Below are positions 1 through 13,474 of a stretch of 64,000 bases of DNA, in pieces. This stretch comes from Nemertoderma westbladi (lineage: Eukaryota > Animalia > Xenacoelomorpha), in assembly GCA_032718475.1 (NCBI GenBank), contig JAUCBJ010005043.1, positions 62,001 to 126,000 on the forward strand, read 5' to 3'. The number at the start of each line of letters is the position of its first letter. Position 1 is the stretch's first letter. Both the position numbers and the translations under genes were made by a program. Below the pieces are notes generated by a model. It had not been told where the DNA came from, made no database searches, and saw only the letters and a list, made by a program, of their open reading frames with translations.

Positions 1-708
1 TAAATCAATAAATGGCCTACTTAACTTCAGTGAACAGTTAACACAAATGATTGCCTTCATGTTGTTACACACAGCAGATTGGCTGGTTCTACTTGTACAG
101 TAGCAATGTGCTGGTATTGTTTAATTGAACCTGCCATGAAGGAAACCTATATCCCTGGTAAACTATTGAAGGCTTAATATTAGTTTTGTAGATTATTTTA
201 ATCATGTGTGGTGTTTCTGTCTGTGGCTGTTTATGGTGGGTTTATTCAAGAAGATTGATTGACTGGTTCGTAATATTTGTAAATATATATTATAGTTAAA
301 ATTGTAATGTTGGTTGTTGGTGTTTAGGTCATGTGCTGGATGGTTATTGTTTGAGGCACGCCGTTGGCCGTTATCGCATGTTTCGCTAATTACAATATAA
401 ATCTAACCCTAAATCTTGACCCTCTAATTTTTTGAAATCGCGTACATTAACAGACATTCTGGCCAATAATGGCAATAACGTCCGAAATTCCACAAAATTT
501 GACTACATTAAGCACTGGTGTACTTTGTGGAGGAGTTCTTTACTTTACACCCTATCCTGCTCAATAAATTACTAATGCGTGCAAAAGTGAATTATTTACA
601 ATCATTCCGCTTCAATATATATAATGAATATGGTTACATATTTTTAAAATTAATTTAAATATTTTATTATTTTATATTTGAATTTCGGCCGAAAACAAAA
701 TCCTCAGT

Positions 709-983
709 GCTATAGGAACTGACTGGGTATGTTGCTATAGGAACTGACTGGGTATGTTGCTATAGGAACTGACTGGGTATGTTGCTATAGGAACTGACTG
801 GGTATGTTGCTATAGGAACTGACTGGGTATGTTGCTATAGGAACTGACTGGGTATGTTGCTATAGGAACTGACTGGGTATGTTGCTATAGGAACTGACTG
901 GGTATGTTGCTATAGGAACTGACTGGGTATGTTGCTATAGGAACTGACTGGGTATGTTGCCATAGGAACTGACTGGGTATGTT
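709..983. repeat. 25-bp minisatellite (GCTATAGGAACTGACTGGGTATGTT) x11
   Basis: Eleven near-identical units read directly; the array ends about 360 bp upstream of the EGF-ligand ATG. Confidence 0.95.
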
Positions 984-1339
984 TGAACTTTTGTTTAAAA
1001 TTCTATAATAGCACATTTATTTTTATAAAATGACAGACATAGATTTTGTAAGAGTCCGAGTCCTATTAGACAAACCTATAGAAAGGAGCGATTAAAGTCC
1101 AATAACTTTCTAGATAAGATCGCTATATTTTTCTCCTGTGAGCTATTAACGCCATTGTGTATTACCATAACAAACAGACGTCACTATTATATTTATTTAA
1201 TGCCATTATTGCTATAAAAAATCCCTTATTAAATTCCTTAATACCGGTAATTATAATAATTGATTTACTTTATTAATGCAACTTCATATGTAATAAGCAA
1301 CTTGTAATAATTTATTGTTGAACTCCCTAATCTATCATC

Positions 1340-1505
1340 ATGCAACTATACGGACCGTCTTCTACTGTTTATTTGCTGGGTATATTATTCGTCGCCTTTA
1401 TGTCGCCTACATTACAGTTGAACAACGAAACCACCTCAGATTCAACGACTACTTCAGAAACAGTATCATCTACTACAACGGCTCTGTTAGAGTCAACGAT
1501 ACATG
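1340..1505 (+). CDS. EGF-family membrane ligand precursor, coding exon 1 (signal peptide + Ser/Thr-rich region)
   Basis: ATG at 1340 gives MQLYGPSSTVYLLGILFVAFMSPTLQLNNETTSDSTTTSETVSSTTTALLESTIH: hydrophobic signal-like stretch, NET sequon and S/T-rich stalk. It ends at G|GTAGGT in phase 1, which matches the next exon. This frame differs from the listed 1315..1509 ORF. Confidence 0.7.
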
Positions 1506-3091
1506 GTAGGTCTAACTAGGCGTTAACACTACAAAATCAAAAGACAAAATAACTATATACGTCATTGTTCATAAAATAGCACTTTATAGCGTTACGGCAT
1601 GGCACGAGTGATTTTGTTTAATTATTATTAACTATTATTATTTATTATATTATTAATTAATTTATTAAAGAATAGAACGAGGGCCGTAAAAGCTTTAAAT
1701 GTGCTAATTATAAACAATGGCGAATCTAATTATATTTATTTGTGGGGAAATTATTTGTAGTTTTGCACTTAAACTTTCTAGAACGCACCAATAATGACGC
1801 GGTGACATACTGGAAGGACATAGTAAAATGTATGGCGTTGGGACCTACTGAGAAATAATGTCCCACTGCGATGTAAAGTTAGGAAATAATGTCGCCCTGG
1901 CGATTTGGTAGTGCGAAATTAATTCCGTACAAATACACCATGACACGTAGGTAATACAGTGTCATTTTCTGATGACACGGACCCCCCCCCCCCCCCCCCC
2001 CCCCCCAATTTTTCTACAAATCTTTATCATATTGTTTGAAATTTGAAACACAACTATTTCAACTCACCGTGGTTGTTACCATGAAGCCGGAATTTTCGAT
2101 TTCGCCTTTAAATTTTTTTTATAAGCGTTTTAAAAAAGTGTATTTTGCGAAATTGCACATCTCCTATCATCGCCATTCTTCACATACAGAATAAATGGCC
2201 TGTAGCGAACGATCATTCTTGCAATCTTTGAACGCCTATATCTCAACTGTTTCTCAACGAAATTCAGATATTGTTACATATTTGGAATCCTTGCAACGCA
2301 AGCTTTTTAATGATATCTATAAAGCGAGATTAATGTGAAGAATGACGATGATAGGATAAGGAGAAGAACACTGTAGTGATGTCTGATATTCTTGCGAGCA
2401 GCTTTACCAATGCGGACAAACACGAAGTGGGGCCTTATTGGCGAACATATGATAAATGTGATATAGGCCTATAAATATATGAGACAAAATATACCAGTAA
2501 GCAGATTACTCAAGGTCACTGAAGACGCTGTAAGCCTTCACAGAAACTCAGTCTGAGGTCTAGAAAATATGTCAGAATCCAATCAGGTCGAAAGGATTAT
2601 AGGGGGGTCTAAACAATAATACTCAAAAATTTCAACTTTTGTCCTATTGATGATGCCTACAATTTTAAAACTCGACAACTTTAATTCCGACGAAGTTATT
2701 AGCATGTGAAAATCGTAACGACAACAACCATTTGCAAAATATGACCTAACTCTACTAATAACAATCCTCTTGTCAATCTTTGAATTAAACCAAACTTGGT
2801 ACATACAGTATGTATGCTACCGCTTAGTCTGATATAGAATTGACTTTGGATCTGCTGCTCTCCACTCCCCCGCTAAAAGCCGACTAAGTAACCTACAATA
2901 TTTTGTTACCCGTATGATAAGTAGAGTCAATGGCGCAAAATGACTACAATAACTAAATTGTTTCGCCCATGTGAAGAACACCATTTTTCTTATTTCTCCA
3001 TATTAATTAAGTGTTTCATAGCTCTTGTTTCTAACTTATAACCTGTAACCAAGGCGATACCTAGGTATCGCCTTGCCTGTAACAGATAATA

Positions 3092-3319
3092 ATTCGTTTA
3101 TTGTTTTGGTTAGATTCAGCCATTCTGTAACCTGGGTTTTTAGTGAAAATCTTCACATGGGGGTAAACTGCAAAGTGAAATATAACAGCAGGAAGTCTAG
3201 TATACTTTTCATGGGACATGTATTTAGTGGGTTTAAACAATTAATTTATTTTAATTAAAACATTATGGGGAAGATCCACAGGTTAGTGTCGGTGTTTTCT
3301 AACCAAAATAATAAACGAA
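3092..3319. mobile_element. MITE-like element; its inverted ends belong to a dispersed ~55-bp family (..CAGGTTA....TTTTCTAACCAAAACAATAAAC)
   Basis: TTCGTTTATTGTTTTGGTTAGA at 3092 is inverted against TCTAACCAAAATAATAAACGAA at about 3298-3319. Related copies lie near 7030, 11535, 22315, 22385 and 57625. Confidence 0.5.
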
Positions 3320-4211
3320 AGAGTATATATTACTTGTCATTTTTTTCACTTTTTTGCTTGCATTTAATGTGCGCTATTATCTGGATAAGTTTGCTTACTT
3401 CGTACAGTGCGAAAGCCCCACGAACGTGGGTAGTATTCCATTGGCCATTGCTGCAATCAATAATTAATTTTATATCATTTTATATAGAAACATTGATTAC
3501 TTTTTATGTGCTCCAATTGTGTTTATAACGGTTTACACTCCCACTCATCCATTCACTAGTGTTGTTTTTTAGTATTATGTTGCTTTAGTGTCAATAAGCT
3601 ATTTCCCTTTGGGAGGGACACACCCAAACACACTTATCCTTCATCTATTTAATGGATGTAAATTTAAGTCCAAATAAGGTCATTACAAATATATGTAAAC
3701 AATAATTAATAAATTGTTGACGCATCTATCACCAACACTCGTGAAAACAATTAATAACACGTACCATCTCCTTATCAGAAATACAAAACTCCAACACGCC
3801 AACACATCTACTACTAGGCAGGTATCTTTGGGAAACCACCGAGGGTATATAGTTGGCTGACCCCCAGATTTATTGATTGACCAGACGTCGGGACCAGAAC
3901 GAGCTATTTTATTATTTGGTCGCCCTTCCTTAAAAAAAATCCAGATAATCTGAGATGTTGTTTTTTCAGGGTGTTGCTTGGTTTTGTTTTATCCTTATTA
4001 CCAGTGGGCCATATCGTGATTAGTACGTAATAAGTGCTTTAATTAGCACTAGACATAACATACCAGGGTAACTTGGTTATGAGAGTGGAAGGATTTTCTG
4101 TAAAAGGTTTTCTAGTGGCATCCCCCGGCTTAATGAGCCTAACAGATTCTCCAATTTATTATAAATGTTGTTGACCCTGTGCAGTATTTTGTTGTACAGT
4201 ATGTACCAGTA

Positions 4212-4520
4212 CACGTTCGTGGGGCGTCGCGCAGCACGCGGACTTGAGCAAGTTCGAAACAAGTTCGATTTGATACGCTGTATGGAGTCAAAAGTTTGAG
4301 ATGTATTTGCCCGTAACTTTCAAAAATATTGGAACTTTTTCTCTAGATTTCCATTCAAAATTTGGTTGAAAATGGTTAAAATCTTCAAAAGTTATTTACG
4401 ATTGAATTTTTCAATAGAGAAAGACAGACGGACAGACAGACAGACGGACATGAAATTTTTTCTTATTTGCTAACTATAATTGTGTGCTCAGGCTCGCCTT
4501 TACTGCGTTGCTCGTCCCAC
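4212..4520 (+). mobile_element. Non-autonomous Helentron/HINE (DINE-1-like) family copy
   Basis: Starts ACACGTTCGTGGGG, has an internal GACA/GACG microsatellite and ends GGCTCG...CCCAC. Shares segments with copies near 2418-2760, 7451-8820, 10400-11218 and 52275-52790. Confidence 0.45.
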
Positions 4521-7500
4521 TGTAACATCCATGGATCTGGTGTCCTCTGCATTCAGGGTCCTGTACGATACAATAGAGAATTGGCTCTACTTATTCTATT
4601 GGTTCTACTTAACCTACTGTTTATACTGCTTGGTCCCAAACAAGTTCCGTTTTAAGGGATATAACGGCGGGGCGGTTTGTTAATTAATATTAGTTTGTAA
4701 ATGACCTTCCCCTTTCCCACATTTAGATATTGAGATGAGCTATGGGCCCATGAACCGATATATAAGTTCGTTTGTGAGTCCATCCGAGTTATATAATTTC
4801 TCCTTTTGCTGTTACTGCTTATCAAATTGTCTTACAGTAGCAGCACAAGAAGCCGCTTCCTTTAAACTGCTCGTCACACATTGAACCAAAATAATAATGT
4901 GCAGTCAAGTGTAATGATGAGTTTGACTTATTCGTGTCCTAAACATTCCGAAAGCTCTGGTGGGAAGTTGAGGGTAAGGTGTGTCCGTGCTTCCTTTATC
5001 CTTAATTATTTGTTCACCACAGCACCACTGGGTTCACTGGCGTGTCTATCCCCACACCATAAAGTTCCTCCACGTGCAATAAAGTTAACATAAACACGCA
5101 ATGTTTGTAAAAAAAAAATTAATTCCCAAATGTAATTTATTTTTTGTAATTTGAACTATATTGCCATAGTAGATTTATAAAAATCAGAAGTGTTCACCCA
5201 CTCGTGAATTCATAAACAGTATTCATCAACTACATAGGCTACTTTTGGTTGCGGCTCTGAGATATGGGTGGTTAATTGGTCATTTGCGTTCTATAACATA
5301 TTGATTCCGATTTCTTACAGACTGGAACGCAGTATATGTATATAAACTGAAGTTATATACCTGTCTGTATTAATTTTGCCACCGCGTCTAGACTTTAGAA
5401 TGTTTTAAAATGTCAGGTATGCCTGACTGTTTCACATGTTGTATTTAATTTCATTTCTAATAATCGTGTGATAATAATATTATTATATACTGTTCACTGT
5501 TTAGTGGCTTAGTGCATTTTTGCCAGTTTGCTGTGTTTAAATAAATGTGTTTTGGGAAAATATGTTAAGATTAGAACTAAAGTTAGCTGTGTTTATTATC
5601 TAATATACTGGTAATTATTGTTGTTCTTATCTTTCATGGCCCGAACATAATTAAGTTTAATTAAGTGTATGCTTTAATTATTAAATTGTTAAAAGTATTA
5701 AATTATTAAATTATGGCTCTATATACCACTAATTTTAAGCAGACAGAGGATGAATGTTGTCTCAAATTTAATCTTTCTCCAGGGAAAATCATTCCTTTTA
5801 TAATATTTTCTGAAATTTCCTCCGTACATCTGCGGATAAGCTTTCCTGGCTTTCCATATCTACCTCGGTTAATTAAGGGGTTTACTTAATAGATGATAAT
5901 GGATAGGTTGCCTTATCTGTAGGTGGCACTGTGTCCCAATCAATAACACTTAAACCGCCCCCTATCATACAGTGGATCATTATAGCCCAACTGTCTTCTG
6001 TATTAAAAACATAAATATCCCCTTAAGAATCTCGAGATGCGTTTCCATAATCTCAACGGGGCTACTACGCCCACGTTTCCTTCAATTTCGTGATTAATTT
6101 TTCGTATCATGAAAGCTTCAACGACGTAAATTTAAAATTAATATTTATATAAATTCTTGAAAATTGTTTAGCAGTGATCACTCAATGTTATTTATCAATA
6201 AAAGTAAAGTACGGAAACATTTTCTTTTGCAGAAAATTATTTGGCCAGACCATTCTGGAAAATGAACCCTACTTAGTAAACATTCCACATCACTCCCACC
6301 CCCTCTCCTGTCTCTATAAGGGGGTTTCCTCTGGACATTTATAATGTAGTTGAGCTAATTAATTGTGTTACAGTACAGTAGGCCTACTGTTAGTTAATAT
6401 CCTATCAATCATTCTTAGGGACAGGAATGGTATTCGTCTCTGCCAAATATTGTTAGTTCAACACTGACTCCTTCTATTTAATACCATGTAGGCCTACATA
6501 GACCTACTTTATATGAATACACGAATAGTGTATCCCCTTCATAAACTCAACTTTTTAACTTGCAGTATTTGTTTTAATGGTCGTTGCATAATAATGATAA
6601 TTATGTGAATATCATATTTATTTATTACTTTGGAAAATTTTTCACTATTCTTTAAATATTTTATTTTCGAGTGCTTGTGGCTGTGGGGTTAAATAGGGGT
6701 CTAGAGAATATTGAAGAAAAAATTTTTTCCCTCATGTAGGCCTGATACGTTATTTTATTCTTAAATTGGAACTTTTTGTTGCTTAAAATTATTTAAGATA
6801 CAAAGAAATCGTGTTAAAAATTTGCGCTGTAGTACGCATACTGTTAGTGTATATGACTTAAGTACTGTAGAGAGCCGCTTAACTAATTTGGATAACCTTT
6901 TCTACTTCGATGCTCTTTTAAAAAACATGTACCGGTACTACGAAATTCCACCAAAAATATTTTCCCATTTTGCTTTCTTCTATAATGAGTGCGGGAAGAT
7001 ATCAAAAATATATAAAGTGGGGGGTATGTTGTTTTGGTTATAGAATATAACCTGTTCAGTGAGAGATTAATTAGTGTAGATGGTATTTACGTGACGTTTA
7101 GGAACCGACCCCCCCCCCCCCCCCCCCCCCTCCCTAAATTTAATAAAGAAACAGTGGTGTATAAAGAGGTTTCTAAAACTAAATTATTGCTGAAAATTAT
7201 AAAATAGATATTTCATACTGTAGTTGTTAGTACTTTCTAGTACCTTGTGGATGTGTGCTGCATGCACTACTACTAGTAACAACTTTCTGCAGCTGTGCAC
7301 TCAGTAAATGGAGCGAATGCATTAAATCTCATATTTCATTCACATTCACTGTGCATGCAATATTGCTTTTATTTTTATGACATATATTTACTGTAGAATA
7401 TTTAGATGTAGTTCCACAGATCCTTTAAAAGTATTTTATCGGTACACATTACGCGTTCGTGGGGCCTTCGCGCAGCACGAGGCTCAGTTATGAGATACAA

Positions 7501-9494
7501 ATTGAATTTGGGGAATTCTATCACAAAATCGGTATTTAAGAAATTAACCAAACCGCAAATAAATCATAGAGGGGAAAGTTGCTCGCTTTCAACCCCCTCT
7601 TAATCTGCACCCCAAAAGTAATATATTTTAGGCGTGGAGGCGATCCAATTTGTAAGAAATATTGTAACTTACCATGCCGTTTTAGTATTGATGCTGAAAT
7701 ATTAATTTACCATGTCGATGTCTCAACAAAATTATTTAGCTATATTTATTCTAAAAAATCTCCATTAAATACTCAGCCAATCATTTTGCGAGATAAACAA
7801 TGAGCAAGCTGTCTTATTACTCTAGGGCCTAACACTATTGCATGTCGTATAGAATTACACATTGCTGGAATAGTGGTGAGGTGGAACTGGTCGGACTGAT
7901 TCCTAGCCCGGCAAACACACTCTAGCACATATCTGACAAGTACGTTTCAGCTAAATCAATGATTGCACTTTGAAATATTTTTCCCTCTAGCGGCAGACTA
8001 GAGAACTACAGACGGATGAGCCTCCATTGAAAGACACAGTTAATGATCTAGTGCAAATATGCCAAGTTTCAGTTAGAACGGGTTTAAAGTAAAGAAATGT
8101 GAGGATATTTAATGTCTAGACATGTAGCCCTATAGCGAGTGACTGATGAGACTGAAGCTATAAGTAAGTCAAAATCGTAGCGACGATGATGACATACAGT
8201 ACCATTATTGAATGAACTATTTGCCATAATTGACCTACACACCTAAGAGATAGCGTCAGTTCGCAAAGGCTCCGCTAACTTCGTGGCTCGGATCGGACCC
8301 TATACCCCATGCTATAAATGTATTCGTTCGATATACAATCATATAATATTCCGCTAGGTGGTGTCAAATTATTATTCTGCAATTTCGTACTTGTACAGTA
8401 CAGCAGTACCGTACCGGTAGGCCTATGTCATTACATGTTTATACATTATTAAATGTCTTAACATTTCAATTTCGTGAAAGATAGACTTTATGATTCTCTA
8501 CAAGCAACCAAAATTTCAGCTCTGGAAAATGAGGCGTTCCCGAGAAATTTTCTAAAAACCACATAATCTGTCGTAGCTGACGTCAGACTGCATGATTTTT
8601 CACCAAACTTTACAAATTTTCTAAACTTTCCCTCTACCACTTACCTACTAAGTTTGGTTCAATTCCGAACCAGCGATGCCGAGAACGATGCCGAGAAATT
8701 CGCGTTCAAACATTTACCAGACAGACGGACAGACGCAGACGCAGACGGACGGAAGGACATGCCCCATTTGCCCTATATTAACCGTATGCCAAGGCTCGCG
8801 ACTACGTGTCTCGCCCCACAGAAACTCACCCGGCCTAATAGGCAGGTTCGTTGTATGTGTATAGCTAATAAAAAAATGACTATAAATTATGGTATGAAAA
8901 ATTTCGTGGATGGAAATTATAAATCCGCCATTTTAGAGACCAAAGACATGTTTTTTTGCTAATGATATAAATACTTCTTCGCAGTTACAGAATATACATA
9001 TTTCATAGGAATATATATATATATATATATATAATGTAAATTTATTATCTATAAATTTTAATTATATTAAATTATAAATTATGTACATAATATATAAATT
9101 ATATACTATATAAGTAATGTTTTTTTTATTTAAATGTACAGAACTATTGTTATTATATTATGCTGTATAGTATAATATAATATAATATATATTATTACTG
9201 TAGTATAAATTTCACTCACGTAAAATGTTAATAGATTATATGAGTCATTTATTGTCTTATAGTGTGTAATTTTTAATACATAAACTGAAAAGTTATGAGA
9301 CTTTGTTGTTGCTGTTGTTGTTGACATATTTGCTGTTGTTTATTGTTGTCGACGACTTCAGTGTCTGTTGAATATTTCGGAAAATTAGAAATGGTTGTGA
9401 ACATCAAAGAAACACTAGAGGTAACTAATTGGTTCATGTAATGTAAAGAAGCTGGTTTCCACGAGTTCTATAGGCCTAATGTATCACAAATTAC

Positions 9495-9882
9495 TCCATA
9501 ACGTATCAAAACGAACACCATAACTTATCAAAACAAGCACAAAAATGTATCAAAACGAACACCATGTATCAAAATGAAACTCTTAATGTATCAAAACGAA
9601 CACCAAAACATATCAAAACGAACACTATAACGTATCAAAAATAACACCATAACATATCAAAACGAACACAATAACGTATCAAAACGAAACAGTATAATGT
9701 ATCAAAACGAACACCAAAACATATCAAAACGAACACAATAACGTATCAAAACGAAACCCTTAATGTATCAAAACGAACACCATGTATTAAAACGAACACC
9801 AAAACATATCAAAACGAACACTATAACGTATCAAAACGAAACACCATAATGTATCAAAACGAACACCATGTATCAAAACGAA
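9495..9882. repeat. Degenerate ~22-bp tandem repeat (ACCATAACGTATCAAAACGAAC)
   Basis: The TATCAAAACGAAC core recurs at roughly regular spacing. Confidence 0.9.
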
Positions 9883-11947
9883 TGCAATAATAAATTGAAT
9901 GAATATACTATGAATATTACCGGTATGGTATGTCTGTATTTTTTATTTATACTGTCGACAATTATCGTGCTATAAATAATCCCCATCTCAATATACTAAC
10001 TGCCTGTATATTCTATATGCAATAATTGAATGCCATAATGTATCAAAACGAAAGCCATAATGTATGTACATTCGAGTCTTGGATGATTGCGATACAGATT
10101 AGTTGTAGTTCTGATGCAGGTTAACATTTTATGCTGGCATAATACACCTGGGGGGCTCTAATATTAAGGATTTGGGATTACGAAGTAAGAAGATTCCAGA
10201 TCCAGCTCTAAACTGCAAAATATACAAGATTTTGGATTTAGGAATAGGTTTGGGATCATTTTCAAGATTATGTTTCACAAAGAAACTAAATTATATTAAC
10301 GATGTTTATCATGATAAATCCAATTTATTCGCTTTGTTATTGGCTGGCCAACAATGCTTTCAGATCCACTGTCATCAGGGCTAATTTAACATTTGGATGG
10401 TCACAACACACATGGATGGTCTAGCGCCATATCTGCCAAGTTTCAGCTAAACTGATAACAAATAGCGAATTAGGAAAGTTTTTAATTTCAGACATTTCGT
10501 CCTTTAGCGGCTAACTTTAGAACTGTAGATGGAGCTGTATCTGTGGGGATTATACTCGGTGGGTTGGAATGTCAGATTGGAATGTGTGGGATGATGCTAA
10601 GAAAGTATGTTACTCAGCGTAATAAATCCAACCCTGACTTTAATATTTCGTTTGTTATCCCGTTTGGTCCCGCCGCCACTCTTATTACTACATATACTGA
10701 TATTGATGTATAATGTAACATTTATGTAATAATTGTATCAAAGTAACTGTATTGTCATTGAATTGCCCGCGAAAAGGGAGAAAGTTTTCACTTTTAGACA
10801 TTTTGCTCTCTAGCGGCATACTATAGAACTGAAGACCGATTACCAACCCCGAAAACACTTGTGTAGTCACTTGTGAAAACACTTGTGTAGTCACTTGTGA
10901 AAACACTTGTGTAGTACATATTTGACAAGTTTCAGCTTTCGAACGGATTATTTACAAATAAATTTTAGGATCCAGTTTAATGTTTAGACATGTAGCCCTC
11001 TTGCGGGACACTGTTGAACTGATGGTGAAAGTATCTATAAAATCTCAACTTTTTTGTCTTGTTGATGCCTACAAATTTTCAACTCGACAGCTTAGAATCC
11101 TACAAAGTTATTCCGACATAGTCAAAATCGTAACGACAACTATTTGCCATTATTGACCCACCACCCTAACACTGTCAGTTCGCTAAGGCTCCGCCACCTT
11201 CGTGGCTCACCCCACAAAGAGAGTAGGAGAACTACAAAGATTGAGAAAATATAAATAATGTTCGACACACATATTGATTCAACAAGGACGTGAGACAGGG
11301 GGGTAACATGACGCAATGCGGGGAATTAATCTATCTCGCATCGATGCTAAATTATAAATTAAGGGAAATGTGCAGTTACAGTGACACGATATAACATATC
11401 ACAGTAAAACATATTATAGTCGATATTTAAACTCGTTTACTACAGCAGACACGCATGTAATTCTCTATTATTCCGGATGTAAACGCTACGCACGTCGACA
11501 GAAAATATCCGACAAGCTTTACGGTTATCGGAACAGGGAAAGGAACAGGTTACAATGGCAGGTTTATCTAACCTAAAAAACCGATAGTCATGAGCGAATG
11601 TTCCAGTTTGATATTAGTTTGTTAGTGTGTGGTTGTTGTCTGTTTGCTGTCGGCTGTCAGTTGTCGGCGTAGCGTTTACCCCCTATTATCATTATTATTA
11701 ATTGCGAAAAGACATTGTTGGAAGAACTTTTAGATGGAGTTGCTTATATGGATTCAATCTCTAAAATGGTAGGGTACAATTCACATTAATCAATTATTGA
11801 TTTATACTTATGAGATTTGTAAATATTTAATATAATAATAATATATGATTATCCCCACAATGGAATTAATTGTTTCTATATTATTATTTTCAGCAATAAA
11901 TTATTTAGTTGCATGGGTCGTAAGGATTTTGCAATTTATTTATTTAG

Positions 11948-12092
11948 TTGATGGTATAATGAGTTCGACACAGCCGCCTAGCACCAGCCACTACCGGTAC
12001 GGGCCTTGTCCAACGGATTTACCGCCGCACGAACAGTGTTACTATGGCGCCACCTGCCAATACGACGTTATAAGTGAAGTCATCGTATGTGT
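11948..12092 (+). CDS. EGF-family ligand precursor, exon 2 (EGF Cys1-Cys4)
   Basis: TTTAG acceptor, then (V)DGIMSSTQPPSTSHYRYGPCPTDLPPHEQCYYGATCQYDVISEVIVCV, then GTAAGT donor; phase 1 to phase 2. Confidence 0.85.
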
Positions 12093-12133
12093 GTAAGTTC
12101 AGTTTATCTACTTTAAATACAAGTTGAAAACTT

Positions 12134-12263
12134 ACTTAGGATGATCCAACTCTATAGCAAATGGAGCGGAAAAAATGAATTCGCCACCAGCGGGGATCCA
12201 ACCCGCGAGGTGGCGAATTCATTTTTTCCGCTCCATTTGCTATAGAGTTGGATCATCCTAAGT
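12134..12263. repeat. Perfect 55-bp-arm palindrome centred on a tRNA-SINE T-arm-like sequence
   Basis: ACTTAGGATGATCCAACTC...GCCACC (12134-12188) is the exact reverse complement of GGTGGC...GGATCATCCTAAGT; the centre is GCGGGGATCCAACCCGC. Confidence 0.9.
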
Positions 12264-12939
12264 CCTGTTTAAATTACGTAATAATTTATACAATCTCATG
12301 AATGTTAAAAATGGAAGTTACCATAATATTGTATATTTTTATTAAGTGAGGGTGATAATAATTATATATTCCTCCACTTCAACGCGGGAAGTTCTTCGAA
12401 TGAGTACGTAAAGGGTCTCAGGGATGGTTGGCTTTACCTTCTTCTGTGTAGCGCCTTCTCGTTTTACTAACTAGTTTTAAATTGAATTTTTAAAAAAAAA
12501 AGCACCTTTGTGCCAGTCATGGCATTCCTGATGGGCTTTCTATCAGTATCATTGTTTATTTTAATATTTGTGGGTGGGGTTGACTATTATATATTCATTA
12601 TTGGAAGTCGACTGAATGGCATCTATATTGACATCGATTTTCTCGATGCCTGTCTACAACGACACCACTACTGTGTCGCACAATCGCACATGTCACTCTT
12701 CAACAATCGCTAATCGCATCATAGGTCATAGGTCATATGTTTAACAGCACATCTTTAAATCTCTTTTGTTAGTTAGGGTTGGTTAGATCGTCTTTGCAGT
12801 GCTAATACTTGACCGTTGGATTCTGTCCTATCTAAACACAAACACACCAAAGATAGGCAGACTACTGGTAAAGATGGGGTGATGGTACCCCCTACTGGCA
12901 CAAGAAGTAGAGGAAATCCAGCAAAGTACCTTAATGATA

Positions 12940-13360
12940 GACTTTGCTGATGACATAGGGGTAGGTCTACTGTCAGCCGTCTTCTGCTATATGGGATCAT
13001 GGATCAGAAAGTCAGGTGAAGACCTTCGAATACGTAAGGGGAAGTTAAATAGTCTATCCAGACTCTACTCAGACTCTATACAATGTTGGAGGTGTTCCAT
13101 TACTCTTCCCTAGCTTGACACTTGAACTTAACCGCCACCACTTTGTAGGACATTGCTTTCGCCGTGAGGACCGCCAGTGCATAATCTTGTGCTTTGGCGC
13201 CCTCATGGAACGAATAAGCATGGTGGACAGCCCATGACTTACTTGAGACTCATCTTAAAGGACACTGGCCTTGAAGATGCGGATGATCTAGAAAATGTCA
13301 TGGGTTATAGGGAGTTATGAGGAGGCGCAATTTTGTCGCCAAGTCGGCACAGCGTTCTTA
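12940..13360 (+). mobile_element. Decayed 3' fragment of an RTE-clade-like LINE
   Basis: Homologous to 18270-18900 (GGACATTGCTTTCGCCGTGAGGACC; CATGGTGGACAGCCCATG; GACACTGG..TTGAAGATGCGGAT), with GHCFR and DTG..DR..W remnants. Confidence 0.65.
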
Positions 13361-13474
13361 ATATATATGTAATATATATATAATGCAGCTGCAATGCAGC
13401 ATGCCGATCGTAGTTGTAGGATACTGGTCGTGGATCATGAATGCAGTAGACAGTAGACACAAATAGAACATTTC

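Noticed and set aside
1315-1509. 64-aa ORF as listed in the track
   Set aside because: Wrong frame; the ATG at 1340 gives a signal peptide and a phase-compatible donor.
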